A stretch of 64,000 nt of DNA from an uncultured Actinomycetota bacterium (lineage in GTDB: Bacteria; Actinomycetota; Actinomycetes; Propionibacteriales; Nocardioidaceae), in assembly GCA_963722835.1 (NCBI GenBank), contig CAVROK010000001.1:170430-234429 (forward strand). The letters are read 5' to 3'. A model generated the notes under the pieces. The model was not told the origin of the DNA, made no database searches, and saw only the letters and a program-made list of their open reading frames with translations. Position 1 is the stretch's first letter. Each line of letters opens with the position of its first letter. A program made the position numbers and the translations under genes. This document shows, piece by piece, positions 30,729 through 41,207 of the stretch.

Positions 30729-30775
30729 ATCGTGCGACCGGAGGGCGAACGCAGCCTCATCCCATCCGGGTGAGG
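30729..30775 (-). promoter_or_regulatory. Regulon site 9: near-perfect dyad plus -10 CACGAT
   Basis: CCTCATCC-CATCC-GGGTGAGG at 30755-30775; 20 nt to CACGAT (30734-30729). Confidence 0.78.
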
Positions 30776-30794
30776 GGAGGGCCAAGACGGACGA

Positions 30795-30826
30795 ACGGTC
30801 CTCCCGGGCGTGCCCGGGAGGACCGT
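30795..30826 (-). terminator. Hairpin terminator of katG
   Basis: ACGGTCCTCCCGGGC-GT-GCCCGGGAGGACCGT is a perfect inverted repeat 20 nt after the katG stop. Confidence 0.75.
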
Positions 30827-30846
30827 CTTTGTCGCGCAGTGTCCGG

Positions 30847-33042
<2,196 letters not shown>

Positions 33043-33059
33043 TCATCTGTGGTGGTGGA

Positions 33060-33488
33060 CTACTGCTGGATGGTCGAACAGGCGGGGCAGGTGCCCCAGT
33101 AGGTCACTTCGGCCTCGTCGACGCGGAAGCCGCGGTCGTCGGCTGCCTCCAGGCACGGCGCGCTGCCGGTGGCGCAGTCGACGTCCTCGATGGCACCGCA
33201 CGTGCGGCACACGACGTGGTGGTGGTTGTCGCCCACGCGGGCCTCGTAGCGCGCGACCGAGCCGGACGGCTGGATCCGTCGTACGAGACGAGCGTCGGTC
33301 AGGGCCCGGAGGACGTCGTACACCGCCTGGTGGGACACCTCGCCGAGATCGCCCCGCACGACCCGGATGATCGAGTCGGTGTCCGCGTGGGGGTGGTCGT
33401 GGACCGCGGAGAGGACCGCCAGCCGAGGGCGTGTCACCCGCAGCCCGACTCCGCGCAGCACGCGCTCGTGGTCGGACGTGGTGGGCAC
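33060..33488 (-). CDS. furA: Fur-family peroxide regulator
   Basis: GLRVTRPR, HPHAD, GDNHHHVVCRTC and CPAC motifs; directly upstream of katG. Confidence 0.95.
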   Translation of the reverse strand: MPTTSDHERVLRGVGLRVTRPRLAVLSAVHDHPHADTDSIIRVVRGDLGEVSHQAVYDVLRALTDARLVRRIQPSGSVARYEARVGDNHHHVVCRTCGAIEDVDCATGSAPCLEAADDRGFRVDEAEVTYWGTCPACSTIQQ

Positions 33489-33504
33489 GCCCGCAGTCTT
33501 CACC

Positions 33505-33527
33505 ACTTTCTGGAATGAGTAAAGATC
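33505..33527 (-). promoter_or_regulatory. FurA operator
   Basis: The minus strand reads GATCTTTACTCATTCCAGAAAGT, an AT-rich island closely resembling the mycobacterial furA box (TCTTGACT-ATTCCAGAAA), 17 nt upstream of furA. Confidence 0.75.
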
Positions 33528-33574
33528 AGGGTCGACCGGGAGCAGGAGTCGCCGGCCTGCGCGAGACTGTCCGG

Positions 33575-34114
33575 GTGCGACGTCGACTGGCCGTGCTGGT
33601 GCTGCTCCTCGGTCTGCTGGCCGCGTGCGGAGACGGCTCGGAGGCACCGGCCGCGGACGAGCCCGCCGCGACGCCGTCCCCGTCCAGCGCGCCGACGACG
33701 GACCCGACGGCTCCGACGGACCCGGCCACCGGCACGGCCACCACCCGGCCGAGCAAACCGGGTGCCACGCTCGTCGCCGGCTCCAGCCACGTCGGCACCA
33801 TCCTGTTCGACGACACCGGGCAGGCGGTCTACGTCTTCGACGTGGAGACCACCTCGAAGCCGCGCTGCTACGACGCCTGCGCCGAGGCCTGGCCACCGGT
33901 CCTGAGCAAGGGCCGCCCCCGGGCGGGCGACGGCGTCGAGGCGGCCCGGCTCGGCATCACGGTGCGCAGCGACGGCTCCAGGCAGGTCACGTACGCCGGC
34001 CGCCCGCTGTACTTCTACGCGCACGAGGGCAAGCGCGAGGTGGAGTGCCACGACGTCTTCCTCAACGGCGGCACCTGGTACGCCATCCAGCCGGACGGAC
34101 GCACGCCGGCGTGA
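33575..34114 (+). CDS. Lipoprotein with Yx(FWY)xxD repeats (COG4315-like)
   Basis: Lipobox LAAC; GQAVYVFD, CAEAWPP and QVTYAGRPLYFY. Confidence 0.85.
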   Translation: MRRRLAVLVLLLGLLAACGDGSEAPAADEPAATPSPSSAPTTDPTAPTDPATGTATTRPSKPGATLVAGSSHVGTILFDDTGQAVYVFDVETTSKPRCYDACAEAWPPVLSKGRPRAGDGVEAARLGITVRSDGSRQVTYAGRPLYFYAHEGKREVECHDVFLNGGTWYAIQPDGRTPA

Positions 34115-35456
34115 CCACCGCGCCGACGGCGCTGGATGCCTGGACCTCGCCCGAGGCACGCCGCCGCCTCTACCGGCGTTCTCTCGCCGTCGTCGTGGTC
34201 TCGCAGGTCTTCGGCGGCGCGGGACTCGCGGCAGGTGTCACCGTCGGCGCCCTGCTGGCGCAGGAGATGCTCGGCGGGGCAGGCGTCGCCGGCCTGCCTG
34301 CGGCACTGTTCACCCTCGGTTCGGCCCTGACCGCGTTCGGCGTGGGGCGACTCACCCAGCGCTCCGGGCGCCGCCTCGGGCTGGCCACCGGTTTCCTCGC
34401 CGGGGCGGCGGGGTCGGTCGGCATCGTGGTCGCTGCCGTGATCGACAACCCGGTGCTGCTCTTCGTCTCCCTGTTCGTCTACGGATCGGGCACCGCCACC
34501 AACCTGCAGGCCCGGTACGCCGGCACCGACCTCGCTCCCGAGCAGTCACGGGGAACGGCGGTGTCGATCGCGTTGGTCGCCACCACGTTCGGTGCCGTCG
34601 CCGGTCCCAACTCGGTCGAGGTGCTCGGGGAGCTGGCCGTCCGGCTCGGCATCCCGGCACTCGCCGGGCCCTTCCTGCTCTCCGCGGTCGCGTTCGGGCT
34701 CGCCGGGCTGTTCCTCCTCGCGTTCCTCCGACCCGACCCGTTCCAGGTGGCGCGCGCGCTCGCCGAGCACGACGAGGCAGCGCGCGCCGCCCGACGAGGC
34801 TCCAGCAGTCGACCCGACGGGGTCGGTGCCCGTCCGCGCCGTGCCCGGCCCGGTCGCCGAGCCCTCGGGCACGCGGAGTCGCCGTCGGTGCGACGGTCAT
34901 GGTGGTCACCCAGATCGCGATGGTCGCGATCATGACGATGACGCCGGTGCACATGCGCGAGCACCACCACAGCCTCGGCGACGTCGGGTTCGTCATCGGC
35001 ATGCACATCGGCGCGATGTTCCTGCCCTCGCTCGTCACCGGCCCCCTCGTCGACCGGGTCGGACGACTGCCGATGGCCGCCGCGTCCGGGGTCACGCTGC
35101 TCTGCGCGGGTGTCGTCTCGGCCCTGGCGCCCGGCGACTCCCTGGGCCTGCTCACCCTCGCTCTGGTGCTCCTCGGCCTCGGCTGGAACCTCGGGCTGAT
35201 CAGTGGCACCACGCTGATCGTCGACTCCACCCCGCTGGCCACGCGGGCCAGGACCCAGGGCTCGGTCGACGTCCTGATCGCCCTGGCCGGCGCCGGTGGC
35301 GGCGCCGCCTCGGGCCTGGTCGTCGGCGCGTCGAGCTACGCGACGCTGTCGCTGGCCGGCGGCTTCCTCGCCCTGCTGCTGGTGCCGGTGGTCGCCTGGT
35401 CGCGCGGCGGCCGGACTCCTGTACACGACGAGCGGACTCACCTATCGTCATCCTGA
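34111..35456 (+). CDS. MFS transporter (frameshift near 34800-34880)
   Basis: SQVFGGAG, NLQARYAGTDL, MVAIMTMTPVHM and LGLGWN; about 12 TM helices over two frames. Confidence 0.85.
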
Positions 35457-35488
35457 CTGTCCAATCAGTCAGTTGGTGGAGGGCCGGC

Positions 35489-36993
35489 ATGCGACGCGCC
35501 TCGATGGTTCTGACGGGCCTGCTGCTCGCCCTCGGCGCGCCCCTGCTGGCGGCCTGCTCGAGCTCCTCCGACGAGGAGCCGGCGGCCCGCGAGTCCCCCA
35601 CGGCGCCGCCGACGCAGCCGATCTCGCTCTCGCTGCTGGTCTTCAACGTGGAGTACGGCGGCAGCAAGGCCACCGACGCGGTCCTGGCCGACCTCGACGC
35701 CGACGTGGTCGGCGTGCTCGAGTCCTACAACCGGCTCCCCGAGATCGCGGCCGCCGCCGGCTACCCGTACTACGACGTGGGGCTGCAGATCCTGTCGAAG
35801 TACCCGATCCTCGAGCCCTCGGGTGCCGACGGCCTCTACTCCTACATCGAGGTCCGCCCGGGTGAGGCCGTCGCGATGGTCAACACCCACCTCGACTACG
35901 TGCAGGACGGGCCGAACCGCCTGGAGCGCGGCGTCCCGGTGGCCGACGTCCTGGCGACCGAGGACAAGGTCCGGCTCTCGTCCGTCGAGAAGCTGGTCCC
36001 GTCGGTCACCGAGCTGCTCGGGGACGACTGGCCGGTGCTGTTCACCGGCGACCTCAACCAGCCCTCCCACCTGGACTGGACGGCGGAGAACGCCTCCCGC
36101 AACGGCGGCCTCGGTCCCGTAGCGTGGCCGGTCAGCAAGGCCCTGCTCGACGCAGGGCTGCGCGACTCCTACCGCGAGGCGCGGCCCGACCCCGTCACGC
36201 ATCCCGGCTACACGTGGGGGGAGGTCGCGGGCAGCAAGGGCTCGCCCCGGCGGATCGACTACGCCTACGTGGGCGGACCGGTCGAGGTGGTCGGCAGCGA
36301 GGTCGTCGGCGAGCAGGGTGGCGAGGGCGTCGACCGCGCCTACCCCCGGTGGACCTCCGACCACCGCGCCGTGCTCTCGGAGCTCACGGTGACGCCGGCG
36401 CCGATCCCGACCACGGTCGCCCTGTCGAGCCGGCTGGTCACTGTCGGCGACGAGGTCAAGGCCTACTTCCGGATGCCGAAGGGGGTGGAGCGCGGCACCA
36501 TCGAGCTCAGCGGACCCGGCGAGGCGTCGTACGACGCGAACGGCGCCTCGGGCAGCGTCGTGGTGAAGACGGACCAGCTCGCCCCCGGCGCCTACCAGGT
36601 CGAGCTCCGCGACGGGGAGGACGTGCTCGCGAGCAACGAGCTGTACGTCCGCCCGAAGCAACGCCCAGGTCGAGCTGACCACCGATGCCGCCGACCTACG
36701 AGCCCGGCAGCCCCGTCACGATCCACTGGGCCGACGGGCCGGCCAACCGTTGGGACTGGATCGGCGTCTACCCCGCCGGGTCAGCCGACCCCGAGAAGGA
36801 CGACTACCTCGTCTGGGGCTACACCGGAGGTCACGACGCCGGAGCCCTGCCACCGAGCACCGAGGGCGACCTCGTGCTGGGCCGCGACCACCAGGGCAAG
36901 CCCTGGCCGCTGCCGCCCGGTCGCTACGTCGCGCACTACCTGCTCACCGACCAGTTCACCAGCGTCGGGTCCACCGCGTTCACCGTGCGCTGA
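35489..36993 (+). CDS. EEP-family lipoprotein with C-terminal Ig-like domains (frameshift near 36660)
   Basis: Lipobox LAAC; FNVEYG, NTHL, TGDLN, RIDY and SDHRAV; C-terminal NRWDWIGVY domain. Confidence 0.85.
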
Positions 36994-37066
36994 CCCTGCT
37001 TCAGCACCCGTTCCGGGCATGATGGGCGTACCGGTCGCCGGACCGGACGAGAAGAGGGAGACGGCT

Positions 37067-37545
37067 GTGGCCGACGACGGGACCAGCGCGAAGAAGACAA
37101 CCGCGAAGAAGACGACGGCCAAGAAGGCGCCGGCGAAGAAGACTGCCAGGAAGGCTCCAGCGAAGCGGGCGACGAAGAAGACGACCGCGAAGAAGGCCTC
37201 GGCCAAGAAGTCGACGCAAGAAGACGACGGCCAAGAAGACACCTGCCAAGAAGTCGACCGCCAAGAAGTCGACCGCCAAGAAGTCCCGCGAAGAAGTCGA
37301 CCGCCAGAAAGTCGCCGGCGAAGAAGTCAGCCGCCACCCGGTCCTCGACCGCAGGCGTCGAACAGCTGGTCCGCGACACCGCCGACCGCGTCGCCGCCCA
37401 GGTGGCCGCGCAGTTCGGCGACCGCCTCCAGAAGCTGGAGAAGGAGGTCAGGCGCGCACGCAAGTCCGCCCGCAAGGCCGCCGACCGGGCCACCGCCGCG
37501 CTCCCCGCCGGCAAGAGCAAGAAGTCGAAGCGGAAGAAGTCCTGA
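37067..37545 (+). CDS. Histone H1-like Lys/Ala-rich protein (indels in the repeat tract)
   Basis: Tandem AKK(T/S/A)(T/P) repeats followed by a helical segment (VEQLVRDTADRVAAQ..LQKLEKEVRRARK); GAGGGAG RBS. Confidence 0.72.
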
Positions 37546-37638
37546 CCGACGCGCTGTCGACCATCCGGGCTAGGCCACGCGGTCCGTGTCGTGGCGCGGG
37601 AGCCTGACGGGACCTGCGTGCGCTCCTAGGATTGGCGC

Positions 37639-39147
37639 GTGAGGGCGAGGGATCTCGAGGCACGCGCTCGCGAGGCGCTCGGGCAAGCCGTGGAGCACGC
37701 CCGGGACGCTCGTCTCGCGGCGGACTTCGCCGACGACGCGGTGCGCCTGGCCGAAGAGGTCGACGACCCGCGACTCCTCGCCACCGCGCTCGACGCCCGG
37801 CTGACCACCCACGCCGGGCCCGACGATCTCGAGGCGCGCCTGAGCACCAGCCTGCGGCTGCTCGCGCTGGTCCGGCACGAGCCCGACCCGGAGGTCCGGC
37901 TGGCTGCGCACGCGTGGCGCCTGACCACCGCGCTGGAGCAGCTCGACCTGGGCACCGTGCGCCGCCAGCTCGCGGCCCTCGACCTGCTGGCCGACGAGAC
38001 CCACGAGGGACGGGCGCGGTTCCTCGCGTGCGCACGCCGCGCCATGTTCGCGCTGACCGAGGGCGACACGGTCGGGGCCGCGCGGCTCGCGTCCGAGGCC
38101 GCCGAGACCGGGGTCCCCGATCCCGACGGCGTGCTGGACAGCCTCCAGGCCGAGCTGGCCCGGCAGCGCGGTGACCGGATCGGCCCTGTCCCGGCACGCG
38201 AGCGCGCTCGAGGAGCACAGCCGGTCGACGTACCTCCCCGGGCCTGGCGCAGAGGCCGCCGTGCTGTGGCTGGAGAGCGGGGAGCCGGAGCGGGCGGGAC
38301 GTCTCGTCGACCTCTACGCCGAGGACCTCGACGAGCTGCCCCGCGACGCCGACTGGCTCGTCGTGGTGAGCAAGCTGTGCGAGGCCGCTGCCGGGAGCGG
38401 GCGCACCCGGACGGCGCGGGAGTGCGCGCGCCTGCTGGAGCCGTACGCCGGGCGAGCCGTGCTCAAGCCCCTGGCCCAGGTGTTCGCCGGCGTCGTCGAG
38501 GACTACCTGGCCCTGGCCACGGGCGACGCCGACCACGCCGAGCAGGCCCGCGCCGCCTACCGAGCAGCTGGGCGCCGACTGGTGGGCACGCCGGGGTGCT
38601 CTCGGTCGTCCGCAGGGCACACCGTCCGTCGCGGGCCGACTCCGCGTGCTGCACCTGCATCCCGCCGAGGCCGACGGACCGAACCGGGTGTGGTGCGTGG
38701 GCCGCGAGGGGTCGCTGCGGATGGTCCCCTCGATGCACGGGCTGGAGTACGTCCGGCTGCTCGTGCAGAGTCCCGGGGTCGACGTACCCGCCCTGGAGCT
38801 GTCGGCCGCGGCCGATCCCGCCGTCGCCGACTCCGGCACCGGCGCCCTCGTCGACCAGCAGGCGCTGGCCGAGCACCGTCGGCGCTCCCGCGAGGAGCGT
38901 TCCGGCCACCGCACTCGAGGGCGCACCCGAGGGCGAGCAGGCCGAGCAGGCACGGGCCGCGGTCCGCAAGGCGATCCGCGCGGCACTGGCCCGGCTCGAG
39001 CTGCACGACGGCGAGGTCGCCCATGCCCTGCGCACCACGATCCGCATCGGCGCCACCTGCCGCTACGAGCCGGACCAGCTCCGGCCCGTCGAGTGGCGGT
39101 TGACGCGCTCGCACCCCGCTGCCGCTCAGCAGTCGTCCGGGACGTGA
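37639..39147 (+). CDS. Hypothetical helical-repeat regulator-like protein (frameshifted)
   Basis: An Ala/Leu/Arg-rich helical-repeat region, then GLEYVRLLV..PGVDVPALEL and EQARAAVRKAIRAALARL..TIRIGATCRYEP, resembling the C-terminal half of actinobacterial ATPase regulators. Confidence 0.6.
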   Translation: MRARDLEARAREALGQAVEHARDARLAADFADDAVRLAEEVDDPRLLATALDARLTTHAGPDDLEARLSTSLRLLALVRHEPDPEVRLAAHAWRLTTALEQLDLGTVRRQLAALDLLADETHEGRARFLACARRAMFALTEGDTVGAARLASEAAETGVPDPDGVLDSLQAELARQRGDRIGPVPARERARGAQPVDVPPRAWRRGRRAVAGERGAGAGGTSRRPLRRGPRRAAPRRRLARRGEQAVRGRCRERAHPDGAGVRAPAGAVRRASRAQAPGPGVRRRRRGLPGPGHGRRRPRRAGPRRLPSSWAPTGGHAGVLSVVRRAHRPSRADSACCTCIPPRPTDRTGCGAWAARGRCGWSPRCTGWSTSGCSCRVPGSTYPPWSCRPRPIPPSPTPAPAPSSTSRRWPSTVGAPARSVPATALEGAPEGEQAEQARAAVRKAIRAALARLELHDGEVAHALRTTIRIGATCRYEPDQLRPVEWRLTRSHPAAAQQSSGT

Positions 39148-39222
39148 CCCGGAGGGCGGACGGGTCTGGACCAGCGTGTCGCAGCACTCCCGACTGTCCG
39201 TGAGCCGCCCTACGATCCGCCC

Positions 39223-39855
39223 ATGGCAACGATGAGCATGAACAAGGTCATCCACGGCGCGTTCCGGCGCGACCTCGATCGTTTCGTCGGCGCGCTGACG
39301 ACGTTCCGACCCGGAGACTCGGCGCGCGCCCACCAGCTCGGCACCGCCTGGGCCAACTTCGACCTGCAGCTGACCGACCACCACGAGGGTGAGCACGAGA
39401 TCGCGTGGCCGGCCCTCGAGTCGATCGGGGTCAGCCACGAGATGGTCGTGCAGATGGACGCCGAGCACGACGTGATGGCGGCCGCCCTGGGCGATGCGCG
39501 CACGGCGATGGCGGCTCTCGAGTCGTCGCCGGGGCAGGGCGAGGCCGCGTCCGCGCTGGCCGCGATGGAGCGCCTCCGCGAGGTGACGGTCACCCATCTC
39601 GACCACGAGGAGCAGGAGCTCGAGCCCGTCTACCTCCAGAACGCCGAAGGTCCCGAGATGAAGGCGATGGGCAAGAAGTTCGCCAAGGTCAGCCCGGCCA
39701 AGGGCGGCGTCTTCTTCGCCTGGCTGCTCGACGGCGCCAGTGCGCAGGAGCGCTCGGCGATCACCGAGAACATCCCGGCGCCGGTGCTCAAGATCATCAC
39801 CGCGCTCTTCGGACGCAGCTACCGCAAGGACGTCGCGCCCGTCTGGGCCTCATGA
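39223..39855 (+). CDS. Hemerythrin-domain protein
   Basis: IHGAFRRD, HHEGE, EH and HLDHEE motifs. Confidence 0.88.
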   Translation: MATMSMNKVIHGAFRRDLDRFVGALTTFRPGDSARAHQLGTAWANFDLQLTDHHEGEHEIAWPALESIGVSHEMVVQMDAEHDVMAAALGDARTAMAALESSPGQGEAASALAAMERLREVTVTHLDHEEQELEPVYLQNAEGPEMKAMGKKFAKVSPAKGGVFFAWLLDGASAQERSAITENIPAPVLKIITALFGRSYRKDVAPVWAS

Positions 39856-39942
39856 TCCTTCGCTGACCCGGGTACGGGTGGGCTTCGGCCGCTCGACGGT
39901 GCTTGACTGGCGAGCGGACTGTCGTCAGCGAAGGAGAGTCTC

Positions 39943-41064
39943 GTGTCCTTGCGCAGCACCCCACCGTTCCGAGCCGACCATGTCGGCAGCCTGCTGAGAC
40001 CCAAGCCGCTCCTCGAGGCCCGTGAGTCGCACGCGGCCGGGGAGATCGACGACGAGCAGCTGAAGGGCATCGAGGACGCCGCGATCGCGGACGTCGTACA
40101 GCTGCAGCGGGACGCGGGCCTGCACACGGTGACCGACGGCGAGTTCCGTCGTACGTCGTGGCACATGGACTTCATCTACCAGATCCAGGGGATCCGCCGT
40201 ACGGACGAGAAGATCGAGGTCCACTTCCACAACGCCGACGGCGACCTCGACTTCACCTCGGCCGGGCTCGTGGTCGACGAGCCGGTGCGGATCGACGAAC
40301 CGATCTTCGGGCCTGCGTTCGACTACCTCCAGTCGGTGGCGCCGGAGGGGATGACGCCGAAGCTGACGATCCCGTCGCCGAGCATGGTCCACTACCGCGG
40401 CGGGACGGCGGCGATCGATCCCAGCGTGTACCCCGACGAGGACCAGTTCTGGGACGACCTGTCGGCGGCGTACGCCCATCAGGTGCGGTTGATCGCCGAG
40501 CGCGGCTGCCGCTACCTCCAGCTCGACGACACCAGCCTCGCCTACCTCAACGACCCCGACCAGCGCGCCAACGTCGCGTCGCAGGGCCGGGACGCCGAGC
40601 ACCAGCACGAGCGCTACATCCGCCAGATCAACGCCGCGATCAAGGACCGCCCCGAGGGCCTGAACATCACCACGCACATGTGCCGCGGCAACTACCGCTC
40701 CTCGTGGGCGGCCTCCGGCGGCTACGACTTCGTCGCCGAGGCGCTGTTCAGCGAGCTGGACGTCGACGGCTTCTTCCTGGAGTACGACGACGAGCGCTCC
40801 GGCGGCTTCGAGCCCCTCCGCTTCGTCCCCGAGGGCAAGCAGGTCGTGCTCGGCCTGGTCACGACCAAGCGCCCCCAGCTGGAGAGCAAGGACGACCTCA
40901 AGCGTCGCATCGACGAGGCCGCCAAGTACGTCCCCCTCGACCAGCTCTGCCTCTCCCCCCAGTGCGGCTTCTCCTCCACCGTCGAGGGCAACGACCTCAC
41001 CGAGGGCGAGGAGATCGACAAGCTCCGCCTCGTCGTCGAGACCGCCCAGGAGGTCTGGGGCTGA
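39943..41064 (+). CDS. Cobalamin-independent methionine synthase-like protein (single-barrel, YxjH type)
   Basis: RADHVGSLLRP, TDGEFRR, HMCRGN, FFLEYD and SPQCGFSS. Confidence 0.9.
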   Translation: MSLRSTPPFRADHVGSLLRPKPLLEARESHAAGEIDDEQLKGIEDAAIADVVQLQRDAGLHTVTDGEFRRTSWHMDFIYQIQGIRRTDEKIEVHFHNADGDLDFTSAGLVVDEPVRIDEPIFGPAFDYLQSVAPEGMTPKLTIPSPSMVHYRGGTAAIDPSVYPDEDQFWDDLSAAYAHQVRLIAERGCRYLQLDDTSLAYLNDPDQRANVASQGRDAEHQHERYIRQINAAIKDRPEGLNITTHMCRGNYRSSWAASGGYDFVAEALFSELDVDGFFLEYDDERSGGFEPLRFVPEGKQVVLGLVTTKRPQLESKDDLKRRIDEAAKYVPLDQLCLSPQCGFSSTVEGNDLTEGEEIDKLRLVVETAQEVWG

Positions 41065-41066
41065 CC

Positions 41067-41204
41067 GCCGAGAGGGCTCTTCTGGTTGCCTGAAGTACGC
41101 CGAGAGGGCAGTCCTGGTTGCCGAAAGCGCGGCGAGAGGGCAGTTGTGGCCAACCAAACACGCCCTCTCACCACCATCCGAGCAACCACAACTGCCCGGT
41201 CGGC
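41067..41204. repeat. Intergenic cluster of 22-bp repeats (3 direct + 2 inverted, 32-nt period)
   Basis: GCCGAGAGGGCASTTSTGGTTG-like units at 41067, 41099 and 41131 (+), and at 41151 and 41183 (-). Confidence 0.85.
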
Positions 41205-41207
41205 GGG

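Noticed and set aside
11858-30775. The regulon block as a mobile genomic island
   Set aside because: No integrase, transposase, tRNA or flanking direct repeat is visible, and any compositional difference cannot be established by eye.
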